Positions 11,627 through 23,155 of a stretch of 64,000 nucleotides of DNA are shown in pieces (the first letter of the stretch is position 1; every line of letters starts with the position of its first letter). The DNA is from Vitrella brassicaformis CCMP3155. Taxonomy: Eukaryota > Protista > Chromerida. The stretch covers positions 1-64,000 of the forward strand of contig CDMY01000371.1 of the NCBI GenBank assembly GCA_001179505.1, given 5' to 3'. Both the position numbers and the translations under genes were made by a program. The notes below the pieces were generated by a model that saw nothing but the letters and a program-made list of their open reading frames with translations, had not been told where the DNA came from and did no database searches.

Positions 11627-13087
11627 TTATGAGAGGCACGTGTGTGCCCAGGGCGGGGGCGGGCGGTGAGTCAGGTGGTGCAGGGGCGGGGCACCGGGGT
11701 CCATGGACCGCTTGACCCCCTCCAGGAACCCCACCAGGTCCCGCAGCCCCCTCTCCATGTCGGCCATGGAGCACCGGTCGCTTGGCCCTGGGCGTGTGGC
11801 GGCCTCCGACAGCTGCTCGAGGCGCTTGAGTGCCTCGTCTACCCACTCAAACCCCCTCTTGCCTCTGTGCTCATACAGCCCCACCCTCGCCTTCTTGGGA
11901 TGGCTATCGGGCTCCATGATCTGCTGGCGAGTCCGCTCCCAATTTAACGCAATGACGGCCTGCTGGACGTTGTGGAACTGCAGGTATGCCTGCTTGGCCG
12001 CCTTGTGTGCCGTCAGCTGCTGTTGGTACTGCCGCTTCTCCTCCTCGGTGGCGTCGTCGGCCGGCTGGTGTGGCAGGCTGGGTCGCTTGGGCCAGTTGCC
12101 CTCTCTGGCGAGCCAGCTGTGGAACATCTCCCCTCTCAGGGCATTGTACATGACCACCCCCAGGTTGAACACCGGGCTTCGGTCGGTCATCCACATCCCC
12201 TTGCTGTTGCCGTTGGCGACCAGCAGCCCCTCTTGCCTCAGCCCCCGCCCCACTGCAGTGTTTGCCTCCTGGATGCTGGTCCACACGCCCTCCTGGAGGT
12301 TCCTGCTCGCCCTGTTTTCCCCCAACTCCTCCACCAACAGCATCAGCTGCTCTGGGGCCGGCTGGAAGTTGGTGAAGGTCGGCCGCCCTCCTCCTTCTTG
12401 ACGGCCTTCTTGATGGCGATGAGTGCTGCATTCTGGCTGGGAGGGGCGGGGAGAGCGCCGTCGTCGTCTCGCATCGAGGGGCCTGGCGTCTTGGCGAGGG
12501 CGGTGTTGGCCAGGTCGATGAGGTAGGCGTCTGGGTCGTCGGATATGGGGTCGCGATAAACCCGCGCTTTCTTCAGCGTGGTGGCTGCAGCGTGGAGGCC
12601 ACGGGCAAGCATGGCGACGGACTCCAGTGCGACGAGGGGGCTGCCGGGGTCGTCCCAGGGGTTGTCGTCCCCGATGTCGGCCATGTTGTAGCCGTGCTTC
12701 GATATCAGCTCATGCAAGCTGGCGTAGTGGCCTGACAACGGACAGAAAAAGATAGATATCACTTGGATCACATGTACCGGCGTGCCGCATTGCTTTCTTT
12801 TTTCCTTGTTGCTCACCACTATTCAGATACTGCTCCTCAAGGTACACACACTTCTGAGGCGGCGAGTCGGAGGTCTGACGGTAGGTGGCGCCATCTCGAG
12901 GATGGGTTGCGGCGTCGTTGAGCCGTGGGCATGGCCGTCGCTCTCCTCCCCCCCTCCCTCCCTCCCTCCCTCCCTCCTTCTCCCACTTGGCGTCTATCAT
13001 GGCCAGCCGCTGCCGCTCCAACTCCATCTCCTCATACACCGTCTTAAACACGCCCTTCGTCGACTCCGAGAGGACTCCGATCTTGAA
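11627..13087 (-). pseudogene. Degenerate protein-kinase-like gene, copy A 3' part (5'-truncated, frameshifted, no catalytic loop)
   Basis: It begins abruptly at FKIGVLSESTKG and has YLIDLA (DFG-like) with no HRD-type loop before it. A frameshift near 12380 separates the upstream frame from QPAPEQ (APE), VFNLGVVMYNALRG (subdomain IX-like) and RCSMADMERGL (subdomain XI-like). Confidence 0.65.
13002..13087 (+). repeat. 86-bp direct repeat, copy 1 (copy 2 at 15647-15732)
   Basis: gccagccgctgccgctccaactccatctcctcatacaccgtcttaaacacgcccttcgtcgactccgagaggactccgatcttgaa matches copy 2 with only a few substitutions. Confidence 0.9.
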
Positions 13088-13199
13088 CAAGCTGACTCGG
13101 ATCTTGAACGCCCCTCATGCATGCGGGAATGGTCGAGAGACACGTACATGGAAATATAAAATGTAGGCAGCGATGATGAAACACTCCCTCCCTCCCTCC

Positions 13200-13953
13200 C
13201 TCCCTCCTTCCTTCCGTCTGGGTCGTTGTTGAGCCCTCAAGGCAGCGGCTGTTGATGAGCAGGTTGTTGAGCCCGTGGTCGGGGCAGACCATGCCGTACT
13301 TCTCCTGTGCCCTCTTTAGCACGGTGGCTGCCGCGTGGCGGCCACGGGCGAGCGTCGCGACTTTTGCCAGTGACTCGAGGGGGCTGTCCGGGTCGTCCCA
13401 GGGGTTGTTCTCCCCGATGTCGGCCATGTTGCGGCCCACGCCCTGCCATATCAGCTGGTACAAGCTGGGGTAGTTGTCTGACAACAGGCAGACATCACTT
13501 GATCACATGTACCGGCGTGCCGCATTGCTTTCTTTTTCCTTGTTGCTCACTGTTCAGGCACTGCTGCTCAAGGTACACATACTTCTGGAGCGGCGAGAAG
13601 GGGTCCTCACGGTAGGTGGCGCCATCTCGAGGATGGGATGCGGCGTCGTAGAGCCGTGGACGGAGCGGTCGCTCTCCTCTCCACTCCCTCTGCCACTTGG
13701 CATCCATCATGGCCAGCCGCTCCCTCTCCAACTCCATCTCCTCACGCACCGTCTTAAATACGCCCTTCGTCGCCTCACAGAGGGAGGCTATCTTGAAGGC
13801 CCGCCCGTCGCCGTTGATGCAGCCGGCCCGGACGACGCCGGGCGTGCCTTCGCCCAGCAGGGACGGCAGCCGTATCTGTGTGCCGTCGGGCTTGGTCAGA
13901 ATGGGCGCTTGGTACTTGTCGCAAGGGCCTTGGTGCTGCCAGTAGGTGTGCAT
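13200..13953 (-). pseudogene. Degenerate protein-kinase-like gene, copy B (N-lobe to catalytic loop, then truncated)
   Basis: LLGEGTPGVVRAG (Gly loop), RAFKIAS (VAIK-like) and GMVCPDHGLNNLLIN (degenerate catalytic loop). It shares an intron with copy A (gatcacatgtaccggcgtgccgcattgctttct at about 12767 and 13501). Confidence 0.65.
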
Positions 13954-14103
13954 CCCGTCATGATGAATGTGAGGCTACGGGGGCCGGGCTCATGCATCCT
14001 GTAGGGCACCCACATACACACACAGAAGGATTGACATGTGAATTGGTGCGTGGCGTGGGGGTAGACGGATATCTCACTCGAGCTCGACGGATATCTCACT
14101 CAC

Positions 14104-15545
14104 TCAATCGCTTCGATGGAGGTCGTATCCCATTATGACGTCAATCTCCCATCTGCCCTCGCTCAGGTCCGCCACGGCCGCGCTCCTCACCGACTCCCAA
14201 GCCGACGGCGAAATCGTGAACGTCTGACAGGACACGCACACACAGACACACACATACATACACACGCCGGTCATTGTGTATGCGGGCACGCACACTCACC
14301 CGCATGTTTGAGTCGTATGTGGCTACTGTGTAGAGCTGCCGCCCCTCATACGCGCTGCAGCCCGCACTCTGGTACGTTTCATGGTGGGCAGGATACATGT
14401 CAGCGCCGAAATCCCCACACACAGTTCCTGACCCCGCCCCCCGCTCGACAGCATCTGCCAGGCAACGAACCGAGCCGATGTGGGCTTCTTGCCAACCCCT
14501 GGAAGGGTGGTGGAGCAGCGGCGGAGGGGGGCGACGGAGGTGGGGGAGGTGACGGCAGCGCGGCAGGAGGCTGTAGTGTTCTCAGTGTTTGCTGTATCGT
14601 GGACAGTGTTGTCTGTATCGTGGACAGATCCGCGCGCACAGCTTAGTCGAATCGGCTCCTGGAGGTCCACACTGGATGCCTTTAGGCGGCAGGTCCCCGT
14701 CACCGCGACTGAGCTGATGACATATTTGCCCTTGCTTGTCCAGTTGCGCAGCCCCCTGCCCGTTTTGTCCTTTAGCTTGAAGACGAGGGGCTGTATCTTG
14801 AAGTCGTATTGCATTTGAAGGGACTGGATGGCCGTCGGTGGCTCGTCGCTGGGGGGAGGCGGTGGCCCGACCCCGTGGACGTAGGGCTGCGCCTTGGCGA
14901 CTGGGGGTGTGGGTGTATGTGTGTCTGTCTCTGTTGTTGGCGTGCGGGGAGGGGGCGGGGAAGGGGAAGGGTGGGGTGGCACGGTCGGTACGCTGGGCTG
15001 GCTGGTGGTGTTGTTGGTAGGTGGAGAGGAGAACTGCGGGCCAGGTGGAGTGACGAAATGGGCATTCTGAGGGCGCACACATAGTCAACACGACACGACG
15101 CGTACATACACACATGGTCGATTCGTTCGTGAGTTGTGTTGTGTTGTGTTGTGTCGGGTAAGTGGTCATCCGTACGTACCTGTGGATTCATGGCTGTGTT
15201 GTTGTCCACGGCGTTGGATGAACTCGGCTGCACATGGGGGTCACGAGACACATCCTGCTAGAATACACAAACCGACAAAGAGGGAAAAAATGCCGTTTCG
15301 TATGCCTGTGTCTATCTGGATACGGGGACACTGACGCACCGGTGTGTTGGTGTAGGGGGTGATGTTGTGAGGGAGTGTCGGTGGCGTCTGATGTCTACCG
15401 GTGTCGTACGCATCTACTTGTCCCCTGCCACGGCCCGCGCCCTGCACGAAGGCAGGCCGATTTAGCAACACACACACAACCGAGGAACATCCGTGTGTAC
15501 CTGAGGCATTGCGGCAGGGCAGGCGTAACCCTGAGGCTGCGGGTA
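14104..15545 (-). CDS. Exons of an unrelated hypothetical protein inside the kinase insertion
   Basis: Coding-like segments (MQYDFKIQPLVFKLKDKTGRGLRNWTSKGKYVISSVAVTG; DFGADMYPAHHETYQSAGCSAYEGRQLYTVATYDSN; TFTISPSAWESVRS...DVIMGYDLHRSD*) are flanked by GT-AG introns. Frame continuity was not established. Confidence 0.4.
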
Positions 15546-15646
15546 CTCACCACCCTACACAACCCACAGGCAGGCAGAAAGAACAACCACACACGCAGCG
15601 CCCACATCCGCATAACAACCGTAAGTGTGCTGTGTGTTGTGTCGCT

Positions 15647-15732
15647 GCCAACCGCTGCCGCTCCGATTCCATCTCCTCATACACCGTCTTAAACACGCCC
15701 TTCGTCGACTCCGAGAGGACTCCGATCTTGAA
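15647..15732 (+). repeat. 86-bp direct repeat, copy 2
   Basis: gccaaccgctgccgctccgattccatctcctcatacaccgtcttaaacacgcccttcgtcgactccgagaggactccgatcttgaa. Confidence 0.9.
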
Positions 15733-15990
15733 TGCTCTGAAGTCGCTGCTGCTGTTGACGTAGCCACCCCTGACGGCGCCGCGCGTGCCCTCGCCCACCA
15801 GGGACGGCAGCCGCACCTGTATGCCGTCGGGCTTGGTCAGGACGGGCTCGTCGAAAAACATCTTGGGGAAACAGCTGCTCCTCACTGCTGTCCTCTCGCA
15901 CAAAGAGCTTATCCTCACTGCAACAATTGGCTGAGCCGGTGCTTGGTGCCGCCAATTGGTGTCAAGCCCGCGTCCCGCTGGCCTGCCTGC
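15647..15990 (-). pseudogene. Kinase-like copy A, 5' (N-lobe) part
   Basis: EPVLTKPDGIQVRLPSLVGEGTRGAVRGG...RAFKIGVLSESTKGVFKTVYEEMESERQR parallels copy B and overlaps the start of the 13087 fragment by 86 bp. Confidence 0.65.
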
Positions 15991-16317
15991 GAGGCCTCCC
16001 TCCCCGATTGAACCCTCCAAGCCTCCCTCTCCCCGACACAACACCGAGCCCCGCACCCTGACCGCACAACGCACACAACCCGAGGGATGGATGGATAATT
16101 GCATCGGTAGGTGTTGTTGTACCTGCTGTGGTATGGTTGGTGGTTACATCTCCAAACGGCCGCACCAGTGGCGATTTTGAACGCTTTCCAGTCGCTGGCC
16201 GGAATGAGCGAGAAAAAAGGAGGACGTCTCGAATTCTCGACGCGGGCCCCAATCTCGCCCCTCAACCCCCGCGTCACCAACGAAAGTTCATGAGAGCTAT
16301 CGCCATCCTCGAATGGG

Positions 16318-18959
16318 GTGAGCATCGCAACAAAAGCCGCCAGCTTCATAATTGCGCCTGTTGCCTGTTCGTCAGGGCCGCCCGGTTTGCGCGGTGTGCA
16401 TCCCCACCAGAAGTTGAAGGTGCGGACCGACTGGCTCGACCACGGGCCTGTGCTTCCGCCCTTCCTCTTCATCAGGGGCGAAGAAACCAAACCGGAAAAC
16501 CTCGTCAAAGTCCGATTCGCGTTCTCAGGTAACTACACACCGCGCACGAAGAAGCGGACACCTTCCCTATTATGTGATGTTGGCAGCCTATGATACTTTG
16601 GACTATGCCATCCGCAACCTCAGGAAAGCCTTTGGCCACTGCTACCCCGAGGCAATCGGTTGGCGAACAAGGCGCACAATGCCATGGGGGGTTCTCTTGG
16701 TGTGTATCGGCCTGTCGGTGCGTGTTTTCAGGCTATGTGAGCACGTTGGCGAATCGGCACCGTTGCCGGATAGAGCACCTGCCACTGATGGAGAAGCTGC
16801 GGCGCTGGGCGATGCTGGCGCACATCGATGTATGTGATGGATGGATAGATGGGTGAATGGACAGCGACCCGGATGGACATCTGGGTGTGGTTGATGTTTG
16901 TAGGCCATTCTGTGGATCGACTACGACAACTATAGAAGGAACAAAGTACTAAAGAGGAAATACGCGGCCGTCAGTCAGTCTGTCTGTCTGTCTGTCTGAT
17001 TGTCTGTCATGTGTGTCCGGCCGCAGGTGCCTCCCGGCCCTCCCCCCCTTCACGCATCGGTGCCATACGGTCCCAACATCCTCGATGTCATTGTGGAAGG
17101 GGGCGCAAAGCCCAGCAAGGCGTCGGACCGCGCCGACAAACCCAAGCAAAAAGACCCCAGGGACCAACGAGAACACGATCAAGACAAGAAAAGGATGTCT
17201 GACCTCGACATAGAGTTCGTGTCAGCGGGCATTTTGCCCAGCCTGCGGGGCGAGAACCACCCCAGAAGGGTCTCTCACACAGTGGCGGAGAGCAGCCAGC
17301 CTCGGCTGGGCTCGGTCATGTCTGAGCAGCCACCCGTTGTGAGCGCCACCCCCACCCTCCCTCCCGTGGCACAAGCTAAAGCGGACACGCCCCCGTCGCA
17401 CCTGACAGACACGGAGAGGGCCCAGACCAGCAGACGGCCGTCGCGCACCGCGGCTGAGGTCACTAGAAGAGGATCGTCTGGCCCAGAGGGGGAGGTCATG
17501 TCTCCCAAGGACTCGGGCGGTGCTCGGAAGAAGGCCAAGCTCAAAGAAGATGGGGAGGCTGCTGGAGAGGATGAGAAGGCCGCAAAGGGGTCGACACTCG
17601 TGTCCAAAATCCTGGTGAGACACGAGCAGCGGCCGAATGATGGCGTGTGTTATGTATGTCTGTATGTGTATGCAGGCCCGTGCAGCCGAGATGGATGACG
17701 AGCTGCAGCTGGAAGTGGTGAGCCGGAAAGGGCAGGCAGGGAGGGCAGGAAGGATGATTATCGTGCGGCATGCATGTACAATATTTCCCTCTACTATCTG
17801 TCTCGCCTGTTAGATCCGTCCTTTCGGCTGCATTTATCCACGATCCTACACACCTGGTGCGCCACTAGCGACACAGCACACACCAGCACATTCCAACATC
17901 CTTCGTCTGCCTCACTCACGCAGGGCCTGGCCGCTACTCTCTCATTGCTCGATCCCAATTCGGGTGGGTCACGGCTGGCCGCGAGATCACACAGACACCT
18001 GAATGACATATCATGTGGTTGGTTGGTTGGTTGATCAGCAAACCTCCTCCCTTCAACGATCCCTATGCGTCCCCCCCGCCCCGCTGGTCACGCAAAGGGC
18101 CAATGTTCAAGGGCAAACCCCTCCACACGTTCGACCAGCTGGCCAAGAGAGCGAAGGAGGTGCCGGCCTCATGGGATTATTTCGACCACACACATGAGTT
18201 GGCCTATAAGAGCTTCGGTGGCAGCATTCCTCCGTCGCCATCGATGTCCACCTCACGATATGTGTCGACCCTCGAGCCATCCACCACTCTGCGCTCATCG
18301 GCCCAGGACGCGTCGACCATCGGTGGCCCCAGCCTGACGGAGCCGGAGGGGTCGATGTCCACCCCCAAGCAGCACAGAGTGCCGCCTCTCAAGCTGGGGG
18401 GTAAGCGGCTGGTTTTGTCGGTGTACGTGTGTCTGCTGCTGGGGGAGGGATGGGTGGGTCATGTTATTCATGTCTCATGTGGTGTTGACTTTGTGTGCAG
18501 GCCACTCGTTTGCGGTGGAGAAGAAGATGAAGCTGCCCACAGAGGTAGACACGCACTCACTCACTGACTCAGTTGATGAGGGGTAGCCAGAGGTGCACGC
18601 ATTGGTCTGCACGCGTGTCTGTACAAGTGCTACACACGTACACGGCAACCCCTCTGCACATACGACAACGAATGTCTCCATTATCTCCGCCTGCCTGCCT
18701 GCCTGCCTGTCCTTTGCCTGCAGCGAGGCGTCAAAGTGCTCTCAGCCGCACTCGCAGCAAAGGAGAACCTCTTAGTACACGGCAGTGGTATGCATCCGTC
18801 CATCCATCCATCCATGAATCGATGAACACACAGAGCCAAACTAATCACGTGTGTGTGTTTCTTACTGCAGGGAAGCTCTACTGGCACCTTCTCACCGAGC
18901 GATCGAACCCCAAGCGCAACTCGCCTCGCTTCTCTGCGCCAAAATCGCCTCGGTTCTGA
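16318..18959 (+). CDS. Hypothetical multi-exon protein
   Basis: Coding-like exons (HGPVLPPFLFIRGEETKPENLVKVRF; AYDTLDYAIRNLRKAFGHCYPEAIGW; HLPLMEKLRRWAMLAHID; ORF 17000..17698; KPPPFNDPYASPPPRWSRKGPMFKGKPLHTFDQL; KLYWHLLTERSNPKRNSPRF) are separated by typical introns. No family recognised, and this may be more than one gene. Confidence 0.45.
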
Positions 18960-19275
18960 TACGCTTCCTATGCTATTCTGTCTCTCTCTCTTGCTGCAGC
19001 CCATGTGTTTATTGATACGCCCATTCACGAATCCGCCAGCCAGCTGAGCTGCTCTCTATTCACCAACCAATGCATCCATCCATCCACTCGTCAACGGTCC
19101 CCATTTTTGCCCGGGCTGGCCTTGCTCGCTCGTTTGGTGGTGGACACGACAGACAGAGACTCTTTCTTGCATGCGACTGCCCTCGACCGACCGACCGACC
19201 GACCGATGGACACCTCCTGTTGACTCGTATCATTCATCCATCATATGACGCCGGTCTTGTCGAGTACCTGAAGCA

Positions 19276-21557
19276 TCAAATACGCACATCAGGCATCGAA
19301 TACACGCAGGAGTTGTCCAATACACGCACCAGTTGCAGTGCTGCCCAGCAGATCACCTGTTCCACGATGAGGGCTGAGGCGATGCCAATCATGATAGCGA
19401 GCGTTATCTTGCCGCCCGGCACCAGAGGAGGCGTGGCAGCCAACCTGACACACACCATACACGAGCAGAGATAAGAAAGAGATGGTGCCTCGAATGTCCG
19501 TCCTCATTGCATGCTCCTACGTGGCCGTGTTGTAGCGCTCGTTCCACGCCATGGCAGCTGGTATGATGCCGAACAGCACCGAGATGCCAAACGTGCCAGC
19601 ATTGTCGAGCGCTCCGAAGAATATTTGTGGATCGATGGCGGCCACGATGGCTGGCGGGATGAGTATGGTGCAGTAGAGCGCTGCCCGCTCTACTGCTGGC
19701 GATGCCTTAGAGAGCGAAGGGAACCCACGCCACAAATCCTGCATACATGACGCGAGAGGAGGGGAGGGAGGGAGGGAGGGAGGGAGTCGATTATGTACAC
19801 TGCCATGGTATGTGTGGCGCACCGACCGATAGGAAGTCCAGCAGGCCGATAACAAAGCCTATGAAGCTCGTCACGATGGCTGAATACGACAAAGGGGGAG
19901 ATCAGTAGGGGAGTCTCTGAAGTGTTTCAGAGTGACTGACCAAATTCAGAGAAGACGCTCACAAGGGATCCCAGAGCAGCGCCGCCAGAGCCGCCCCGCA
20001 ATTGTGCCAATGGATCGAAGATCTCACCTGGACACCAAAAAAGAGACAGCCACTCCACACATGTTCTCACTGCACAGTTTTGTGTCGTGTGGTATGGTTT
20101 GTGTAGACCTCACCGTCGCCAGCGGCCTCTTTGACTGTCTGAATATCGGTCCCTCCGATGATAACAGCATTCCACAGCAGGAACATGACCAATGGGATGG
20201 CACTGCCCCGCACAATGGCGTTGGTGATCTTGGTGGTGCTGCCCTCCAGCTGAGTGCAGATGACCGGCACCACATTGTGATATACAAGCGCAACAAACAT
20301 GACGGGGATCGCCGGGGCCACTGACTTCCAGTCCGTGCGTAACAAAGCAGACGGGTCGACCTGAGTGATACGGAAGGGCGCACAACACAAGCCATCCATC
20401 GTGCGTGTCCTCCCCTGTCCCGTCCCTGTCCGTCCCTCCCTCCCACCCACCTGTGTCGATGCGAGTGTCAACAGGCCAAGGAACGATGTTATGACCACCA
20501 GCACAAACACGTTGTTGACCTTCTCCACAAACCCTGGAGAGCCAAGAAAGAGAAACCCGCCAAAGAGGACTGCAAAGGTGGCAGCCTCAACCTGAATCAG
20601 GAAAGGTGGACATGCCAGAAGGCACAGGTGCATGTGCATAAGTACATGTATGCGTGTTGTTTCACTGTGTTGCTGGTCACTCACCGGTTGCGGCAGCGGC
20701 TCATCCATCCCGGTCAGTTTCTGGATGGCCACACCAAGGATCTCTCCCCCCTGAGCCATATAGGCCACCAGCAGCGCATAATGAATAAAGACATAGGCCA
20801 GACCGCTCAGCCGGGACCCCCATTTCCCAATCGTCTGCTCCGCCATGGAGAGCAGCGACAGGTTGGCCTGCCCGAGGTTGCAGCATGTGTTGAGGTTGAC
20901 CTCAGCGATGAGCAGCCCACTGGCCACCATGTAGACCCAGCAGAGGATGAGGGTGAGTGAGGACGGGATGACGCCCGAGGGGAGGGTGACGGCAGGCAGG
21001 GCCAGTATGCCAGCTCCGACAGTGGTGCCTGCCACGAGGGAGGTGGCGCCGAGTTCGCTGCCCTCTCTCCTCTCAAACTTGCCATCGCGGAGCTCCAAGT
21101 TGGAGAACAGCCGCTCCACCTCGCCCGTACCCATCTCATCAAATGCCAACTGCACACGCACAAGCACAGACAAGCACAGGAGCCAGCATGACAGACATGC
21201 CATGAGTCCTGTGTAATCGAACTTGCTCACTTCCACATCTCTCAACGAGGCCGCCGGCCCGATGGACAGATCTTTCGCCTCCTCATCTTGATCTTCCGTG
21301 ATCTCTTTCATCTCCGTCATGACCCCCGCACCCTCCCTGATGCTGCTGCCCCTCCCCTCTTGCGTGTCCAGCTCTGCGTATTGGTGGCTGCCGCGGCTGC
21401 GACCACGCCTGTGCTGTGTCGGGGATGTCCGTTCAGCCATGCTGGTTGGCCCTAACGGGACGATGAATGGCGGAGGGCGTGGAAGGAAGGCGACAGGTGC
21501 AGGGGAGGCAGCAAGGGCACTCGCCGCAAATGCCGATGATACGAAAAGAGGGCGCAT
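19276..21557 (-). CDS. Tryptophan/tyrosine permease family (Mtr/TyrP-like) aromatic amino acid transporter with N-terminal leader
   Basis: GATSLVAGTTVGAGILALP, LILCWVYMVASGLLIAEVNLN, IPVMFVALVYHNVVPVIC, GSAIPLVMFLLWN, IFFGALDNAGTFGISVLFGIIPAAMAW and LVPGGKITL are hallmark segments of this family. The exact last codon is approximate. Confidence 0.9.
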
Positions 21558-21737
21558 TCAGAGCATGCTCATTCACTCAACACAACCATAGATCTGCGAG
21601 CTCGGAATTCCTTGGAAATTTCAGCTCGCACGTTCCCGACCAATCTCGTCATCTGCCGCTTCCTTGCTCTCGGTCCTTCGCTGCTGGCTTCAGTTTGCCA
21701 GCAAAACTCAGCCCTCACATTGCAAACCGGCAAATCG

Positions 21738-22857
21738 ATGAAGATGGCCCGGCTTGCTGTCCTTGCTTGCCTCATAGCTGCCTCCCCGGCAGCCTTGGCA
21801 ACTCGAGTGGGGCCCCGAAGTGCGCATTTGCACCAAGCTCCTCGTCTCCTCACGGTGTAAGCTGTCCGCAAGACGGAAGAACAGGCTTTCTTGCTTGGGT
21901 CTGTGATGTGTGCAGGGCGTGTCGACGAATTTGGGTCTTGTGATGGATGTGACGCCAAATAATGACAACACAAGTGCCACTATTACCTTTTCGGACCCGC
22001 AGAACCAGTCGCCCAGACAGGTACTCCTTTCTATTCAGTGTATGTGCCTCCGGCTGGCTGGTTGGCTATGTATCTATCTATCTGTCTGTCTGCCTGTCTT
22101 CCTGAAGTACAAGGGCGTGTCAATCACTGCGTCCCACGGCACTTTCACGTCTTTTCCCACGGGACTGCAAGCATACACTGACTTTGACGGGTGCGGCACT
22201 GCAAGCCACCAGACTTCTCCAAGCCACCAAGTCACGCACACAACTGGCGATCTGAAAGGTACATATACAGACACCTCGCGTGAATGCATCTGCATGTGAC
22301 TCTGTGTGCATTGCCTTGCAATTGCAATCGGCTGTCTGCATCCATCCATCCATCCATCCATCCATCATCTGTGTGTCAGACTTGTCAGCCTTGCAGGTCG
22401 AGTGGGCGCATGAGGGGGCGGCAGCAGACGTGACATTCCGAGGGACAATTGTGCTCGACTCCGCCCAAAAGTACCAAACATTCGACGAACAGCAATTGTC
22501 GGTCGCAGCAGTGATGACGACACGTGAGTTGAGTGAGCCACAGGGCCCACAGGTAGATTCTTCTTTCATGTCTCATGGATAGATGTGTGTGTCTCTTGTA
22601 TGTATGTATGCGTGCGTCTCGTTTATGCAGCTGGCCCTACGGACACGGAGGGTCCGACGAGCAGCCCTTCAGTCAGCGACACGACTGCCGCAGACACCAC
22701 AGCGACGCCCACCGACCCTCAAACCGACCCACCATCCGACGACAAGGATCGAGCGCGCGCCAGAACATCGCTGTCACTTCAACCGCTGCTCTTGCCGCCA
22801 TTGGCTCTCTGCTGCTCTTCTGAACTTTCTTCCGAACTTTTTTGCTGTCCTAGGTAG
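21738..22857 (+). CDS. Secreted Reeler-like domain protein with a Ser/Thr-rich stalk (paralog 1)
   Basis: Signal peptide MKMARLAVLACLIAASPAALA, then YKGVSITASHGTFTSFPTGLQ...GCG...VTHTTGDLK|VEWAHEGAAADVTFRGTIV, which resembles the Reeler C..VTH..W..VTFRATVV pattern, then a T/S/D/P-rich exon. Confidence 0.6.
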
Positions 22858-23155
22858 GTAGCATAGCACTATGTGCTTACACACGCCAGTCAGGAGGGCC
22901 ACTGGTTCTCTGCTTTGCTGTCTGTGCATGGGGACGGTGGGTGGCCTCCTGTCTTGGTGTATGTGTGCACGTGGACAAAGACAGCAGGGCCCGCGAATGC
23001 ATGCAGGCTGCCTGTCTGTCTGTGCGTGCATGGTCGGTCCATGATTGTATTTACACTCCATGTTTCACCAAGGGAGGTCTGTCGATACACACAGGGATTA
23101 CGTCCATGAGCGAATACCGTCGACGAGACATGTCGTATCACGCAAGTGAGTGACA

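Noticed and set aside
11627-15990. Autonomous transposon explaining the kinase rearrangement
   Set aside because: No transposase, RT, Rep/helicase or recombinase motifs and no terminal inverted repeats were found.
15915-16508. Minus ORF of 197 aa (MKLAAFVAML...)
   Set aside because: It overlaps the antisense strand of the plus gene starting near 16318 and has no recognisable motif; probably a shadow ORF.
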